Below, in pieces: positions 48,716 through 62,671 of a stretch of DNA of 64,000 nucleotides. The stretch is from Ranitomeya imitator (lineage: Eukaryota). The stretch covers positions 293,074,001 to 293,138,000 of the forward strand of contig NC_091282.1 of assembly GCF_032444005.1 (NCBI RefSeq), in the 5' to 3' direction. How positions within the stretch are numbered: position 1 is the first letter of the stretch; every line of letters begins with the position of its first letter. The notes below the pieces were generated by a model. The model was not told the DNA's origin. It was given only the letters and a program-made list of their open reading frames with translations, and ran no database searches. The position numbers and the translations under genes are program-made.

Positions 48716-50254
48716 CCGTATATACTCGAGTATAAGCCGAGATTTTCAGCCCAAAATTTTGGGCTGAAAGTGCCCCTCTGGGCTTATACTCGAGTCACGG
48801 TCGTCGGCGGGTGAGGGGGAGAGGGCGCTGAGGTATACTCACCTAGTCCCGGCGATCCTGACGCTCCCCCTGCCTGTCACACGGTTTTCGTTGCTGCAGT
48901 TCTTCTCCTCTTCAATGGTCACGTGGGACCGCTCATTAGAGAAATGAATATGCGGCTCCACCTCCCATAGGGGTGGAGCCGCATATTCATTTCTCTAATC
49001 AGCGGTGTCGGTGACCGCTGATAGAGGAAGAGGCTGCGACACCGAAGACCGTGTGACGGCAGGGGGAGCGGGATGCCGGGAGCAGGTAAGTATGTCATAT
49101 TCACCTGTCCGCGTTCCACACGCCGGGCGCCGCTCCATCTTCCCGGCGTCTCTCCGCTCTGACTGTTCAGGTCAGAGGGCGCGATGACGTATATAGTGTG
49201 CGCGGCGCCCTCTGCCTGATCAGTCAGTGCGGAGAGACGCCGGGACCGGACGCTGGGAGCTGCAAGCAAGAGGCGAGTATGGCGTTTTTGTTTTTTTATT
49301 GCAGCAGCATTGGCAGAGCTTTCTATGGCACAGCTATGGGGCAATACTGAACGGCGCAGAGCACTATATGGCACAGCTATGGGGCAATAATGAACGGCGC
49401 AGAGCACTATATGGCAGCTATGGGGCAATACTGAACGGCGCAGAGCACTATATGGCAGCTATGGGGCAATACTGAACGGAGCAGAGCACTATATGGCAGC
49501 TATGGGGCAATATTGAACGGCGCAGAGCACTATATGGCAGCTATGGGGCAAAACTGAACGGCGCAGAGCACTATATGGCACATCTATGGGACAATAATGA
49601 ATGGTGCAGAGCACTATATGGCAGCTATGGGGCAAAACTGAACGGCGCAGAGCACTATATGGCACATCTATGGGACAATAATGAATGGTGCAGAGCACTA
49701 TATGGCACAGCTTTATATGGCACATCTATGGGGCAATAATGAACGGTGCAGAGCACTATATGGCACAGCTTTATATGGCACATCTATGGGGCAATAATGA
49801 ACGGTGCAGAGCACTATATGGCACAGCTTTATATGGCACATCTATGGGGCAATAATGAACGGTGCAGAGCACTATATGGCACAGCTTTATATGGCACATC
49901 TATGGGGCAATAATGAACGGTGCAGAGCACTATATGGCACAGCTTTATATGGAGCATCTATGGGGCAATGATGAACGGTGCAGAGCACTATATGGCACAG
50001 CTTTATATGGCACATCTATGGGGCAATAATGAACAGTATGGAGCATTATATGTGGCACAGCTTTATATGGAGCATCTTATGGGGCAATAATGAACGGTAT
50101 GGAGCATCTATTTTTATTTTTAAAATTCACCAGTAGCTGCTGCATTTCCTACCCTAGGCTTATACTCGAGTCAATAAGTTTTCCCAGTTTTTTGTGGCAA
50201 AATTAGGGGGGGGTCGGCTTATACTCGGGTCGGCTTATACTCGAGTATATACGG
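48716..50254. mobile_element. Second copy of the Tc2/pogo-like MITE with an internal minisatellite (about 49325-50110)
   Basis: Same TIRs, TA flanks and hairpins as 4325-6104. Confidence 0.85.
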
Positions 50255-50994
50255 TATATAACAAAAGTGTAGCAGGGGACAAGGAACACCAGACTGTATA
50301 GTAGACAATAACAAATAAGGTATCAGGTTTTCTGATTCGTTGTTGCTTACACCATGTTCACGCATTGCAGAAGCTTAGGTATCCATGGATACAACCACTT
50401 ACAGCTAACAGCTAACTAACTACATGAATATACTAACAAATACCTGCAATTACCTGGTGTTTCGAATTTTTTCTCGCTATGATGTTTAGCGATCAGGTTA
50501 ATGCTATTATTTTTATTGATAGATCGGGCGATTCTGAACGCGGCGATACCAGATATGTGTAGGTTTGATTTTTTTTTTCCATTGTTTTATTTTGAATGGG
50601 GCAAAAGGGGGGGTGATTTAAACTTTTATATATTTTTTTTCCATAATTTTTAAAACAATTTTTTTTTTTACCTTTGCCATACTTCAATAGCCTCGATCGG
50701 CTCTGCTACATAGGAGCAATCGTCATATTGCCCCCATCTAGTAGATTTACTGCATTGCTATGAGCGCCGACCACAGGGTGGCGCTCACAGCAATCCGGCA
50801 TCAACAACCATAGAGGTCTTTAAGGAGACCTCTGGTTGTCATGCCGACACATCGCTGACCCCCGATCACGTGACAGGGGTCAGCGATGTGCTCCTTTCCG
50901 GCCCGATGGCCGGAATTGCTAGTTAAATGCCGCTGTCAGCGTTTCGCAGCGGCATTTAACTAGTTAATAGCGGCGGGTGGATCGCGATTCACAT

Positions 50995-51327
50995 CTCAAA
51001 GATCCTATCCCAACATGTAGTAAATCTAATAATAATATTAACAAATACCTGCAATTAGAAATGTAATATAGTTTTTCTGATTCGTTATTTCTCTTTCCTC
51101 ATGTGCAGGCATTGCAGGACCTTAGGTATCCATAGGTACGCCCACTGATATAGTGAGTTAGCTAGTTGTTGTAACCATGGATACCAGAGTTCCTGCAATG
51201 CCTGCACATGAGAAAAGGGACATTAGGGAATCAGAAAAACCATACTACATTTCTAATTGAAGGAATTTACTAATATTATTACACCTACTACATCTTGTGA
51301 TAACATATTGGAGATGGAAATACCCCT
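50995..51327. mobile_element. Palindromic T2/Kolobok-like MITE
   Basis: Long inverted arms centred near 51150; right end ...TACCCCT|TTAA; related fragments at about 48378-48460 and 50320-50450. Confidence 0.55.
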
Positions 51328-51471
51328 TTAAGTGAAAAAGAATTGTGTACAAAAAAAATATATACTGTGCCTAGCAACCCCCACCCCACTCCTATGCCCC
51401 CCTGCCATCCCCAAATAAGGGTGCAAAAAGATTATATAAGAGGGTCAGGATGTGGACAAACCACTACTCAC

Positions 51472-51520
51472 AGATGTTCCATGGTATTCATACTGCTCAT
51501 AGTCAAAAAGGATCTCCCTC
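51472..51520 (-). CDS. CDC45: CDC45 coding exon (exon 7 equivalent, 49 bp)
   Basis: CAG acceptor and GTGAG donor; (R)REILFDYEQYEYHGTS. Confidence 0.95.
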
Positions 51521-51759
51521 CTGTAAGTTAGAAATAAAATCATAAGTGTTTAAGATGAAGTACCAGTCAAACAATTCGACACACCTGTTCCTGCAATGGT
51601 TTTCCTAGTTTTTATTGGAATGTGAACATTGTAGATTCTAACTGAAGGTCGCAAAACCACAAAGGAATACATATAGAAATACGTGTGAAAATAACCCATA
51701 ATATGCATTCAAGGAAATCTGTCAGATGGTTTTTGTGTAGTATACTAATAGCATCCTTA

Positions 51760-54700
51760 AAAACTTAAGTTACTTACCGGTAACGGGATTTTTTGGAACC
51801 CATGACTAGAGATGAGCGAACCTTTCAAGGTTCGGTGAACGTCCCAAGGTTGCCGAACATACCCGAACCCCATTGAATTCAATGAGAGGCAAAACCAAAC
51901 GCATACAAAACACCTTCAAGGGGTCAAAACAGCTCCAATTAGGGGCAGACACCAGGAAAATCAACTGATGAAGATTGGACAGGGCTTGGACCAGCATTTG
52001 TAGCTTAAACATTGATCAGTAACAGATGGATGAGTGACAGGTCTTGGTCTACCCTATCTAGGATTTGGGTGAATGGTGGGGTTATAGATTGAGCCTCAAT
52101 ATCACTGACTCTCCTGGCTGATGTCAATGCTACTATCAGAGCCGTTATAAGTGAAAGAACCTTCAGGGATGCAGATTCCATGGGTTCAAAAAGAAAGAAC
52201 GTTAAGGCTGTCAGGACCAAATTTAAGTCCCACGGTGTTATGGCCGGCAATCAGGCAACACAGCGTGCAGTAATCGGCGCACATACAGAGATCTGGCAAT
52301 AACCAAAAACAATAGGACGAGCTCTGAGACGTGGAATCTCTGTAGACTGCAGTACCTGATCTATCCTCACACAACTATAAGCAGCAGTGGATTGCGCCTA
52401 TCACTACCTATGCAACTCGGCACTGCCTGAGGAGCTGACTAGCCTGAAGATAGAAATACAAGCCTGACTTACCTCAGAGAAATACCCCAAAGGAATAGGC
52501 AGCCCCCCACATATAATGACTGTTAGCAAGATGAAAAGACAAACGTAGGAATGAAATAGATTCAGCAAAGTGAGGCCCGATATTCTAGACAGAGCGAGGA
52601 TAGCAAAGAGAACTATGCAGTCTACAAAAAACCCTAAAACGAAAACCACGCAAAGGGGCAAAAAGACCCACCGTGCCGAACTAACAGCACGGCGGTGCAC
52701 TCCTTTGATTCTCAGAGCTTCCAGCAAAAGTTAATAGCAAGCTGGACAGAAAAAACAGAAAACAAACTAGAAGCACTTATCTAGCAGAGCAGCAGGCCCA
52801 AGGAAAGATGCAGTAGCTCAGATCCAACACTGGAACATTGACAAGGAGCAAGGAAGACAGACTCAGGTGGAGCTAAATAGCAAGGCAGCCAACGAGCTCA
52901 CCAAAACACCTGAGGGAGGAAGCCCAGAGACTGCAATACCACTTGTGACCACAGAAGTGAACTCAGCCACAGAATTCACAACAGTACCCCCCCCTTGAGG
53001 AGGGGTCACCGAACCCTGACCAGAACCCCCAGGCCGACCAGGATGAGCCACATGAAAGGCACGAACAAGATCTGGGGCATGGACATCAGAGGCAAAAACC
53101 CAGGAATTATCTTCCTGAGCATAACCCTTCCATTTGACCAGATACTGGAGTTTCCGTCTAGAGACACAAGAATCCAAAATCTTCTCCACAATATACTCCA
53201 ATTCCCCCTCCACCAAAACAGGGGCAGGAGGCTCCACAGATGGAACCATAGGTGCCACGTATCTCCTCAACAACGACCTATGGAATACATTATGTATGGA
53301 AAAGGAGTCTGGGAGGGTCAGACGAAAAGACACCGGATTGAGAATCTCAGAAATCCTATACGGACCAATAAAACGAGGTTTAAATTTAGGAGAGGAAACC
53401 TTCATAGGAATATGACGAGAAGATAACCAAACCAGATCCCCAACACGAAGTCGGGGTCCCACACGGCGTCTGCGATTAGCGAAAAGCTGAGCCTTCTCCT
53501 GGGACAAGGTCAAATTGTCCACTACCTGAGTCCAGATCTGCTGCAACCTGTCCACCACAGAATCCACACCAGGACAGTCCGAAGACTCAACCTGTCCTGA
53601 AGAGAAACGAGGATGGAACCCAGAATTGCAGAAAAATGGAGAGACCAAGGTAGCCGAGCTGGCCCGATTATTAAGGGCGAACTCAGCCAACGGCAAAAAT
53701 GACACCCAATCATCCTGGTCAGCGGAAACAAAACATCTCAGATATGTTTCCAAGGTCTGATTGGTTCGTTCGGTCTGGCCATTAGTCTGAGGATGGAAGG
53801 CCGAGGAGAAAGATAGGTCAATGCCCATCCTACCACAAAAGGCTCGCCAGAACCTCGAGACAAACTGGGAACCTCTGTCAGAAACAATATTCTCAGGAAT
53901 GCCATGTAAACGAACCACATGCTGGAAGAACAAAGGCACCAAATCAGAGGAGGAAGGCAATTTAACCAAGGGCACCAGATGGACCATTTTAGAAAAGCGA
54001 TCACAGACCACCCAAATGACCGACATTTTTTGAGAAACGGGAAGGTCAGAAATGAAATCCATCGAAATATGTGTCCAAGGCCTCTTCGGGACCGGCAAGG
54101 GCAAAAGCAACCCACTGGCACGTGAACAGCAGGGCTTAGCCCTAGCACAAATTCCACAGGACTGCACAAAAGCACGCACATCCCGTGACAGAGATGGCCA
54201 CCAGAAGGATCTAGCAACCAACTCCCTGGTACCAAAGATTCCTGGATGACCGGCCAGCACCGAACAATGAAGTTCAGAGATAACTTTACTAGTCCACCTA
54301 TCAGGGACGAACAGTTTCTCGGCCGGACAACGATCAGGTTTATTAGCCTGAAATTTCTGCAACACTCTCCGCAAATCAGGGGAGATGGCAGACACAATGA
54401 CTCCTTCCTTGAGGATACTCGCCGGCTCAGATAACCCCGGAGAGTCGGGCACAAAACTCCTAGACAGAGCATCCGCCTTCACATTTTTAGAGCCCGGAAG
54501 GTATGAAATCACAAAATCAAAACGAGCAAAAAATAACGACCAACGGGCCTGTCTAGGATTCAAGCGCTTGGCAGACTCAAGATAAGTAAGGTTCTTATGA
54601 TCAGTCAATACCACCACGCGATGCTTAGCACCCTCAAGCCAATGACGCCACTCCTCGAATGCCCACTTCATGGCCAGCAACTCTCGGTTGCCCACATCAT

Positions 54701-57700
54701 AGTTACGCTCAGCAGCAGAAAATTTCCTGGAAAAGAAAGCACATGGTTTGAACACTGAGCAACCAGAACCTCTCTGTGACAAAACCGCCCCTGCACCAAT
54801 CTCAGAAGCATCAACCTCGACCTGGAACGGAAGAGAAACATCAGGTTGACACAACACAGGGGCACAGCAAAAACGACGCTTCAACTCCTGAAAAGCTTCC
54901 ACGGCAGCAGAAGACCAATTAACCAAATCAGCACCCTTCTTGGTCAAATCGGTCAATGGTCTAGCAATGCTAGAAAAATTACAGATGAAGCGACGATAAA
55001 AATTAGCAAAGCCCAGGAATTTCTGCAGACTTTTTAGAGATGTCGGCTGAGTCCAATCCTGGATGGCCTGAACCTTAACCGGATCCATCTCGATAGTAGA
55101 AGGGGAAAAGATGAACCCCAAAAATGAAACTTTCTGCACACCGAAGAGACACTTTGATCCCTTCACGAACAAGGAATTAGCACGCAGTACCTGGAAAACC
55201 ATTCTGACTTGCTTCACATGAGACTCCCAATCATCTGAGAAGATCAAAATGTCATCCAAGTAAACAATCAAGAATTTATCCAGATACTCACGGAAAATGT
55301 CATGCATAAAAGACTGAAAAACAGATGGAGCATTGGCAAGTCCGAACGGCATCACCAGACACTCAAAATGACCCTCGGGCGTATTAAATGCCGTTTTCCA
55401 TTCATCTCCCTGCCTGATTCTCACCAGATTATACGCACCACGAAGATCAATCTAAGTAAACCAACTAGCCCCCTTAATCCGAGCAAACAAGTCAGAAATC
55501 AATGGCAAGGGATACTGAAACTTAACAGTGATCTTATTAAGAAGGCGGTAATCAATACACGGTCTTAGCGAACCATCCTTCTTGGCTACAAAAAAGAACC
55601 CTGCTCCCAATGGTGACGACGATGGGCGAATATGTCCCTTCTCCAGGGACTCCTTCACATAACTGCGCATAGCGGTGTGTTCAGGTACGGACAAATTAAA
55701 TAAACGACCCTTAGGGAATTTACTACCAGGAATCAAATCGATAGCACAATCACAATTCCTATGCGGAGGTAGGGCATCAGACTTGGACTCTTCAAATACA
55801 TCCTGAAAGTCCAACAAGAACTCTGGGATGTCAGAAGGAATGGATGACGAAATAGACAAAAATGGAACATCACCATGTACTCCCTGACAACCCCAGCTGG
55901 TTACCGACATAGAGTTCCAATCCAATACTGGATTATGGGTTTGTAGCCATGGCAACCCCAACACGACCACATCATGCAAATTATGCAGTACCAGAAAGCG
56001 AATAACTTCCTGATGTGCAGGAGCCATGCACATGGTCAGCTGGGCCCAGTACTGAGGCTTATTCTTGGCCAAAGGTGTAGCATCAATTCCTCTCAATGGA
56101 ATAGGACACCGCAAAGGCTCCAAGAAAAATCCACAACGTTTAGCATAATCCAAATCCATCAGATTCAGGGCAGCGCCTGAATCCACAAACGCCATGACAG
56201 AATACGATGACAAAGAGCACATTAAGGTAATGGACAAAAGGAATTTGGACTGTACAGTACCAATAACGGCAGAGCTATCGAACCGCCTAGTGCGTTTAGG
56301 ACAATTAGAAATAGCATGAGTAGAATCACCACAATAGAAACACAGTCTGTTCAGACGTCTGTGTTCTTGCCGTTCTACTTTAGTCATAGTCCTGTCGCAC
56401 TGCATAGGCTCAGGTTTACTCTCAGACAATACCGCCAGATGGTGCACAGATTTACGCTCGCGCAAGCGACGACCGATCTGAATGGCCAAGGACAGACTCA
56501 TTCAAACCAGCAGGCATAGGAAATCCCACCATTACATCCTTAAGAGCTTCAGAGAGACCCTTTCTGAACAAAGCCGCTAGTGCAGATTCATTCCACAGAG
56601 TGAGTACTGACCACTTCCTAAATTTCTGACAATATACTTCTACATCATCCTGACCCTGGTATAAAGCCAGCAGATTTTTCTCAGCCTGATCCACTGAATT
56701 AGGCTCATCGTAAAGCAATCCCAGCGCCTGGAAAAATGCATCAACATTACTCAATGCAGAATCTCCTGGTGCAAGAGAAAACGCCCAGTCCTGTGGGTCG
56801 CCGCGCAAAAAAGAAATAATAATCAAAACCTGTTGAATAGGATTACCAGAAGAATGAGGTTTCAAGGCCAAAAATAGCTTACAATTATTTCTGAAGCTCA
56901 GGAACTTAGTTCTGTCACCAAAAAACAAATCAGGAATCGGAATTCTTGGTTCTAGCATCGATTTCTGATCAATAGTATCTTGAATCTTTTGTACATTTAC
57001 AACGAGATTATCCATTGAGGAGCACAGAGCCTGAATATCCATGTCCACAGCTGTGTCCTGAAGCACTCTAATGTCTAGGGGAAAAAAAAGACTGAAGACA
57101 GAGCTAAAAAAAAAAATGATGTCAGGATTTCTTTTTTCCCTCTATTGGGAATCATTGGTGTGGCTCCTTGTACTGTTATGGCCGGCAATCAGGCAACACA
57201 GCGTGCAGTAATCGGCGCACATACAGAGATCTGGCAATAACCAAAAACAATATGACGAGCTCTGAGACGTGGAATCTCTGTAGACTGCAGTACCTGATCT
57301 ATCCTCACACAACTATAAGCAGCAGTGGATTGCGCCTATCACTACCTATGCAACTCGGCACTGCCTGAGGAGCTGACTAGCCTGAAGATAGAAATACAAG
57401 CCTGACTTACCTCAGAGAAATACCCCAAAGGAATAGGCAGCCCCCCACATATAATGACTGTTAGCAAGATGAAAAGACAAACGTAGGAATGAAATAGATT
57501 CAGCAAAGTGAGGCCCGATATTCTAGACAGAGCGAGGATAGCAAAGAGAACTATGCAGTCTACAAAAAACCCTAAAACGAAAACCACGCAAAGGGGCTAA
57601 AAGACCCACCGTGCCGAACTAACAGCACGGCGGTGCACCCCTTTGCTTCTCAGAGCTTCCAGCAAAAGTTAATAGCAAGCTGGACAGAAAAAACAGAAAA

Positions 57701-58125
57701 CAAACTAGAAGCACTTATCTAGCAGAGCAGCAGGCCCAAGGAAAGATGCAGTAGCTCAGATCCAACACTGGAACATTGACAAGGAGCAAGGAAGACAGAC
57801 TCAGGTGGAGCTAAATAGCAAGGCAGCCAACGAGCTCACCAAAACACCTGAGGGAGGAAGCCCAGAGACTGCAATACCACTTGTGACCACAGAAGTGAAC
57901 TCAGCCACAGAATTCACAACACCACGGTATTAAATTTAACCAGATCACAGCTGTACAGTGCCCCCCGTGACCCCACCTACACTTTTAGGGTACTGGTGGA
58001 AAATCCCTACCGTATCTCAAGGCCTTTCTGCAAAAATTCCAAGAAATTCCCCACGGGAGCTCCCTCTTTGACCCTGAAGAGGATAAACATTTTCTCCAAG
58101 TCCTAGCATACCGTATATCCTGGTC
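51760..58125 (-). mobile_element. DIRS tyrosine-recombinase remnant split by Gypsy copy 2 (flanks 51760-52235 and 57922-58125)
   Basis: PWDLNLVL...ALTSARRVSD motif at 52005-52235; terminal AGTTACTTACCGGTAA shared with the copy at 62680. Confidence 0.75.
52236..57921 (-). mobile_element. Gypsy chromovirus copy 2, disabled
   Basis: 748-bp LTRs at 52236-52983 and 57174-57921 (at least 4 differences); TSD CCACGG; 2-bp deletion in gag near 56510 and AAG>TAG in RT at 55452-55454. Confidence 0.97.
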
Positions 58126-58470
58126 GTGACTGCTGGCACCTGCCTGCAGAAAGTTTTTTTTTTTTGTCCTTCAGTATATACAGATATTCATTATGCAAAC
58201 TAGGGGGCGGGTCAGTGAGGGATCAGTGACCTGTCAGCAGTCTGCATTATGAATACCTAATCAGAGCACCACATGAAGACCCCCCCCCACAGACCCGCCC
58301 TGGGGCACGAGTATATCATTAACAGAAAACTGAAAATAAAGATTAAAAAAAAGAACCACCAGACGGATTTGATCAACCAAGGTATCATTTTAATCAGTAT
58401 AACAGCGCCAACCTGACATGACACCGTGTGTAGGTTACTGCGCACAATCCTGTTGACAGGTTCCCTTTAA

Positions 58471-60095
58471 GAAATGTGTCTGCTTCTCTATCCTGGGGAT
58501 CTCTCAATGCCCCCATATCATGAAAGGGCAGAGAAGCTCTTTTGGAAGCCTTGGCTATTGCAATGTCCAGCTTAGAGCCTTTCTCCCTTAATGACTAAGA
58601 TGACTCATCAAAGGAGTATTTTCTCTTGAAAGAAGGTGGTAGGGAGCCCTTCCTTTCAATCTTCTTCCATTATTTTTGCACTAAAGCCCTGATATTTTCA
58701 TTCAATGGCATGGACCTTCGTTTCCTCTGGTCTAGGACTCGAAACATTATATTCTGCACTGACTTCTCAGGTCTAGTATCCATAATGCCCATAGTGGATC
58801 TAATTTTACTAGCCTATCCACTTCCTCAAGAGGAAAACAATGGCGCCCTGACTCACTATCTGATGCTGAGTTCAGTAAGGAGGAAGCACCAAGTCATCCC
58901 TAAAGTCAGATTTAGTGGAAACGTCAGATGTTGGGGATGCCTCCCTAATCCTTCTATCCTTCTTCCCTTTCTGTACCTCTTTCTGAGAAAGGGATCTAAG
59001 GGACTCTAATCTCTGCTCTTATGATGGACCTTAAACCGGTGGTAAAGCTAGGGGTCTCTTTCATCACTGTCTGCTCTATACAGGACTGACAGAGCCTCTT
59101 CTGGCTTGTCGGGCAATAAGGTCTTACGCAGAGCACATTCTTTGTGCTTGGTTTTAGCCACATACTTCTTTCCCTGGCAATAAATGACAAGAAAGAAGGG
59201 GAACCACCTTACAAAGTGAACTTTCACGAAGATCAGTTACCATCTTGCCATAATCAAATGGTACCTCTGTTTATAGGACAGACGTCTCACCCGGGAGATC
59301 ATCCATGGAGGCTGTGGATTCGTCCACTTTGCTGGAGTTTCCCTGACTGGATCTGCTCTCCCTAGACAACTCCCGTCTCTCTGTGGTTCGACTGCCCCCT
59401 CTTCCTACACAGGGATGACGATGCTCCACTCGCTCCTGGAGCTTCCCATGCGGCTGCTCCAAATCTGTCTCAAATCTTACAAGTGATCTAGGAAGCCCTG
59501 AGCAGAGGCGCCACCTTACCTTTATACTGGTATCTGTGCTCACCGGTACCTCCGGCTCAAGTCTGACACACCTCCTCGTGCCGTTATCATCACATCTCGC
59601 ACAGGGAGCATCTTCCCGGATCCTCCACACACCTTCCGATGTAACACTCTGGTGCAGTCACCCCCTGGGCACGTCACTGGACAATGTTATTAGCTGCGCC
59701 CCTTGGCCGCGTTACCACTCGTCACTTCTGGTTTCAGCCACGCGTCGCGGGGAGGCCATAACAGGGCAAGCCACTGCTACGCTCGCCTGCGCCATGCCAG
59801 AGCCGTCCATCCCCAGTCAGGGAATACCGCTCACCTTGCGCCCGCTCACGTGTGGAGTACCCCTGGACCCACCATGGTGCTTCTAGACATCCTGCACCAG
59901 CTAAGGCAGAGAAGGGATCTCTGCCAGAGACGGCCGGGCCCGATCTGGGAAGGAACTATCGTCTTCTAATTCTTCACAGGTAAGCCTGCACAGGTTCCCC
60001 CATCAAGGACAGGAAACCAACTGATGCGAGGGAGAGGTGCTGCCTTTTTAGTCTGTAGGTTTCTGGTCCTTGGTGGTTAGATCCGGTCTCATGTT
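58471..60095 (-). mobile_element. Degenerate DIRS ORF1 and terminal fragment, paralogous to 1-2820
   Basis: Collinear blocks, e.g. AAGGACAGGAAACC...GCGAGGGAGAGGT and GCAATAAATGACAAGAAAGAAGGGGAAC. Confidence 0.72.
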
Positions 60096-60109
60096 GCTGT
60101 CAACGGCGA

Positions 60110-60996
60110 TTGATAAATAGGGCTTGGGCAGCAATTTCAAGATAAGCAACTTGTTTCTCTACGTGGCCCCGTTGTGTTCCTGTAAGCCCCAGACAAATTT
60201 ATTGTCATGCACCTCTCTGCACTGGCATCACTGATTCAGTCAGACTGCTGTGCTACTCGCCCTAGGATCACATTGCAATCCTCAGACTGGCTGTATGCTC
60301 TCCTGACCTGAGAGAGGCAGCTGAATAGAAATACATGCTGTCACGCTCACGTCAGGAGAGCAGATGGCCAGTCCGAGGATTGCTTTGTGATCCTCGGGAG
60401 AATAAGACGGCAATCTGACTGAATCAGTGAAACCGGCTGGGAGGGGTGAACATTTATTTATTTATTTATACGCTTGACTTGCCAGAGCGCATTTAAATGT
60501 GAAATGAATATTCACTCCTTCACACGCCCATAATCTAGCCCACCCCTCCCAGCCAGCATCACTGATTAGGAGCAGTCAAACTGCCGTGTTACTCGCCCGG
60601 AGTTCATATCGCAATCCTTAGACTGGCCGTCTGCTCTCCTAACATCAGCATGACAGCATGTATTTCTATGCAGCTGTAACCCTCAGGTCAGGAGAGCTGA
60701 TGGCCAGTCCGAGGATTGTGATGTGATCCTCAGGCATACGGCAGTCCGATTGAATTAGTGACCGCAGTGCACAGTTGTGGGCGGGATTATGGTTGAGGGA
60801 AAGGGTGAATATTCATTTTCCATTTACATATGATTGACTTGCCAGCGCACGATAATAAATTTGCCTGGGGCTTACATGAACACAATGGGGCAACATAGAT
60901 AAATAAAGGTTAAATATCCTGAAATAGGATTTGGATAGGCCTTTCATGATACCATTAGTATACTACACAAATATCCATTGACAGATTCCCTATAAA
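60110..60996. mobile_element. Palindromic MITE with duplicated internal hairpins, T2/Kolobok-like end
   Basis: Inverted arms at about 60150-60210 and 60840-60900; end TGACAGATTCCC; similar termini at 36188 and 58450-58470. Confidence 0.5.
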
Positions 60997-61225
60997 CCTT
61001 GGATTGCCCAAAGCACATCTCTTTTACTCCGATGACAGCTTTACAACCTCTTGCTATTCTCTAAAGCAGCTTCATCAGGTCTTCACCTAGAATGGCTTTC
61101 CAACAGTTATGAAGGAATTCCCAGAGGTGGAAAGCATTAGCAATATTAAACTGAATTTATTTTGTCTTTAATATTTACAAACTATAGAGCTTCACAATAT
61201 ATAAATCTAATCATCCTCATCTTAC

Positions 61226-61284
61226 CTACGTGCCTCCCACTCTCTTCTCTGACGTCTTCTCTCAATTCGTCTTTCTACAGCTCC
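61226..61284 (-). CDS. CDC45: CDC45 coding exon (exon 6 equivalent, 59 bp)
   Basis: AAG acceptor and GTAAG donor; GAVERRIERRRQRREWEAR(R); frame fits both neighbours. Confidence 0.9.
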
Positions 61285-62072
61285 CTTTGAAAGAAAAGTA
61301 AATGAATCATTTTAGAGGTTTTGCAATCACATCCAACATGCTTAGAATTTAGTGACATAGCATACCGTGTGCATGACTGGTGGGTATCAGCCAACACATC
61401 ATCTGCACCATTCACTCCCTGACGCTGAAGTGAGTGGCGCCAGAGAACACCTTTAACCCCTTGACGCATATTTACGTTGCATATGTTGTGTTCCCGACTT
61501 TGATGTGGTTTTATTGCAATAAGATGCATTAAGAGGCGATCAAAACATCTACACCAAAATGGTATCAATCATCAGGTCAGGGCACAAAAAAAAAAGCCAA
61601 CACCAAGCCCAAGAGCCAGAAAAGTGAAAACGTTACGGGTCTTGGAAAATGACCTCAAATGCAAAAAGTTTTTCATACAAATTTCAGAAATTTTTTTTCA
61701 CCACTTAAATAAAAAATAAACTATTCATGTTTGGTATCTTTGTACCTGTACGGACCTGGAGAATCATATTACCAGGTCAGTTTTACCATACAGGTAACAT
61801 GGCAAATAAAAATAAAAAAAAAAAAATTGTGGAATTGCACTTTTTTTTCCCCCCAGTACACTATATGGTAAAATCAATTGTTTAATTCAAAAGTACAACT
61901 CATCCTGCAAAAAACAATATTTCATACGGCTATGTTGACAGAAATATATATATAAAAAAAAAGTTATGGCTCTTGGAAGAAGAGGTGGCAAAAGCAAAAA
62001 CCAACGTGGTGAAGGTGTTCTCAAAAAGATCCAAATGCATAATGTGTGATGAACTATTTAATTTTACGGTAC

Positions 62073-62222
62073 CTCATCAAAGCGCCTGCGCTTTCCAGAT
62101 GGCTCGGAGCCTTCACTTTCATTCCCAGAATCATCTTCCTCCTCTTCATCTTCATCATCCCGGAAAATATCATCATAGGCAGGTATTTCAAGATCATCAT
62201 CCTGTTTAATAAGTAACTTTAT
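62073..62222 (-). CDS. CDC45: CDC45 coding exon (exon 5 equivalent, 150 bp)
   Basis: AG/GT bounded; [50 protein letters not shown], the acidic loop with a basic NLS-like KRRR. Confidence 0.96.
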
Positions 62223-62317
62223 CTGTGTAACACATAAATAATTATTCTCAATGTACACCTGATTGTAAAACAAAATAAAATATTAATTCTATCAATTATC
62301 ATACATTCCAGACATAC

Positions 62318-62455
62318 CTGGGTATCATTGTATACATTTACTACATCTATTGGTCGGTGGGTGTCACATATGAAAAAAATGGTCTCTTCCTGAGGTTGCA
62401 GAGTTTCCAAAAGATCAACGTTTGCACCACAATTTAACAGGACAAAGTACTGGAA
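62318..62455 (-). CDS. CDC45: CDC45 coding exon (human exon 4 equivalent, 138 bp)
   Basis: AG/GT bounded; translates [46 protein letters not shown], matching the recalled CDC45 DHH-like region (CDTHRP). Confidence 0.96.
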
Positions 62456-62671
62456 CTAAAAAGAAAAGATTACATTGGAAGCTGTTATACTTTTTTTTAC
62501 AGTGTTGATCAGAATAACAAGAGAAAACTTATGAATGAAGTCTGCAAATAAGGATTTAAAGTTAAACTGTCAGATCCTATAACTGTTCAAACCTGCTATG
62601 GAGGTAGATGTTCGGAATCCTGTATCCCAATATCGTCTTTTAAGTGGCTCTGTACAACAGCATTTGTCTAA

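Noticed and set aside
52236-57921. Possibility that Gypsy copy 2 is an assembly duplicate of copy 1
   Set aside because: It has a different TSD, different host sequence and private mutations.
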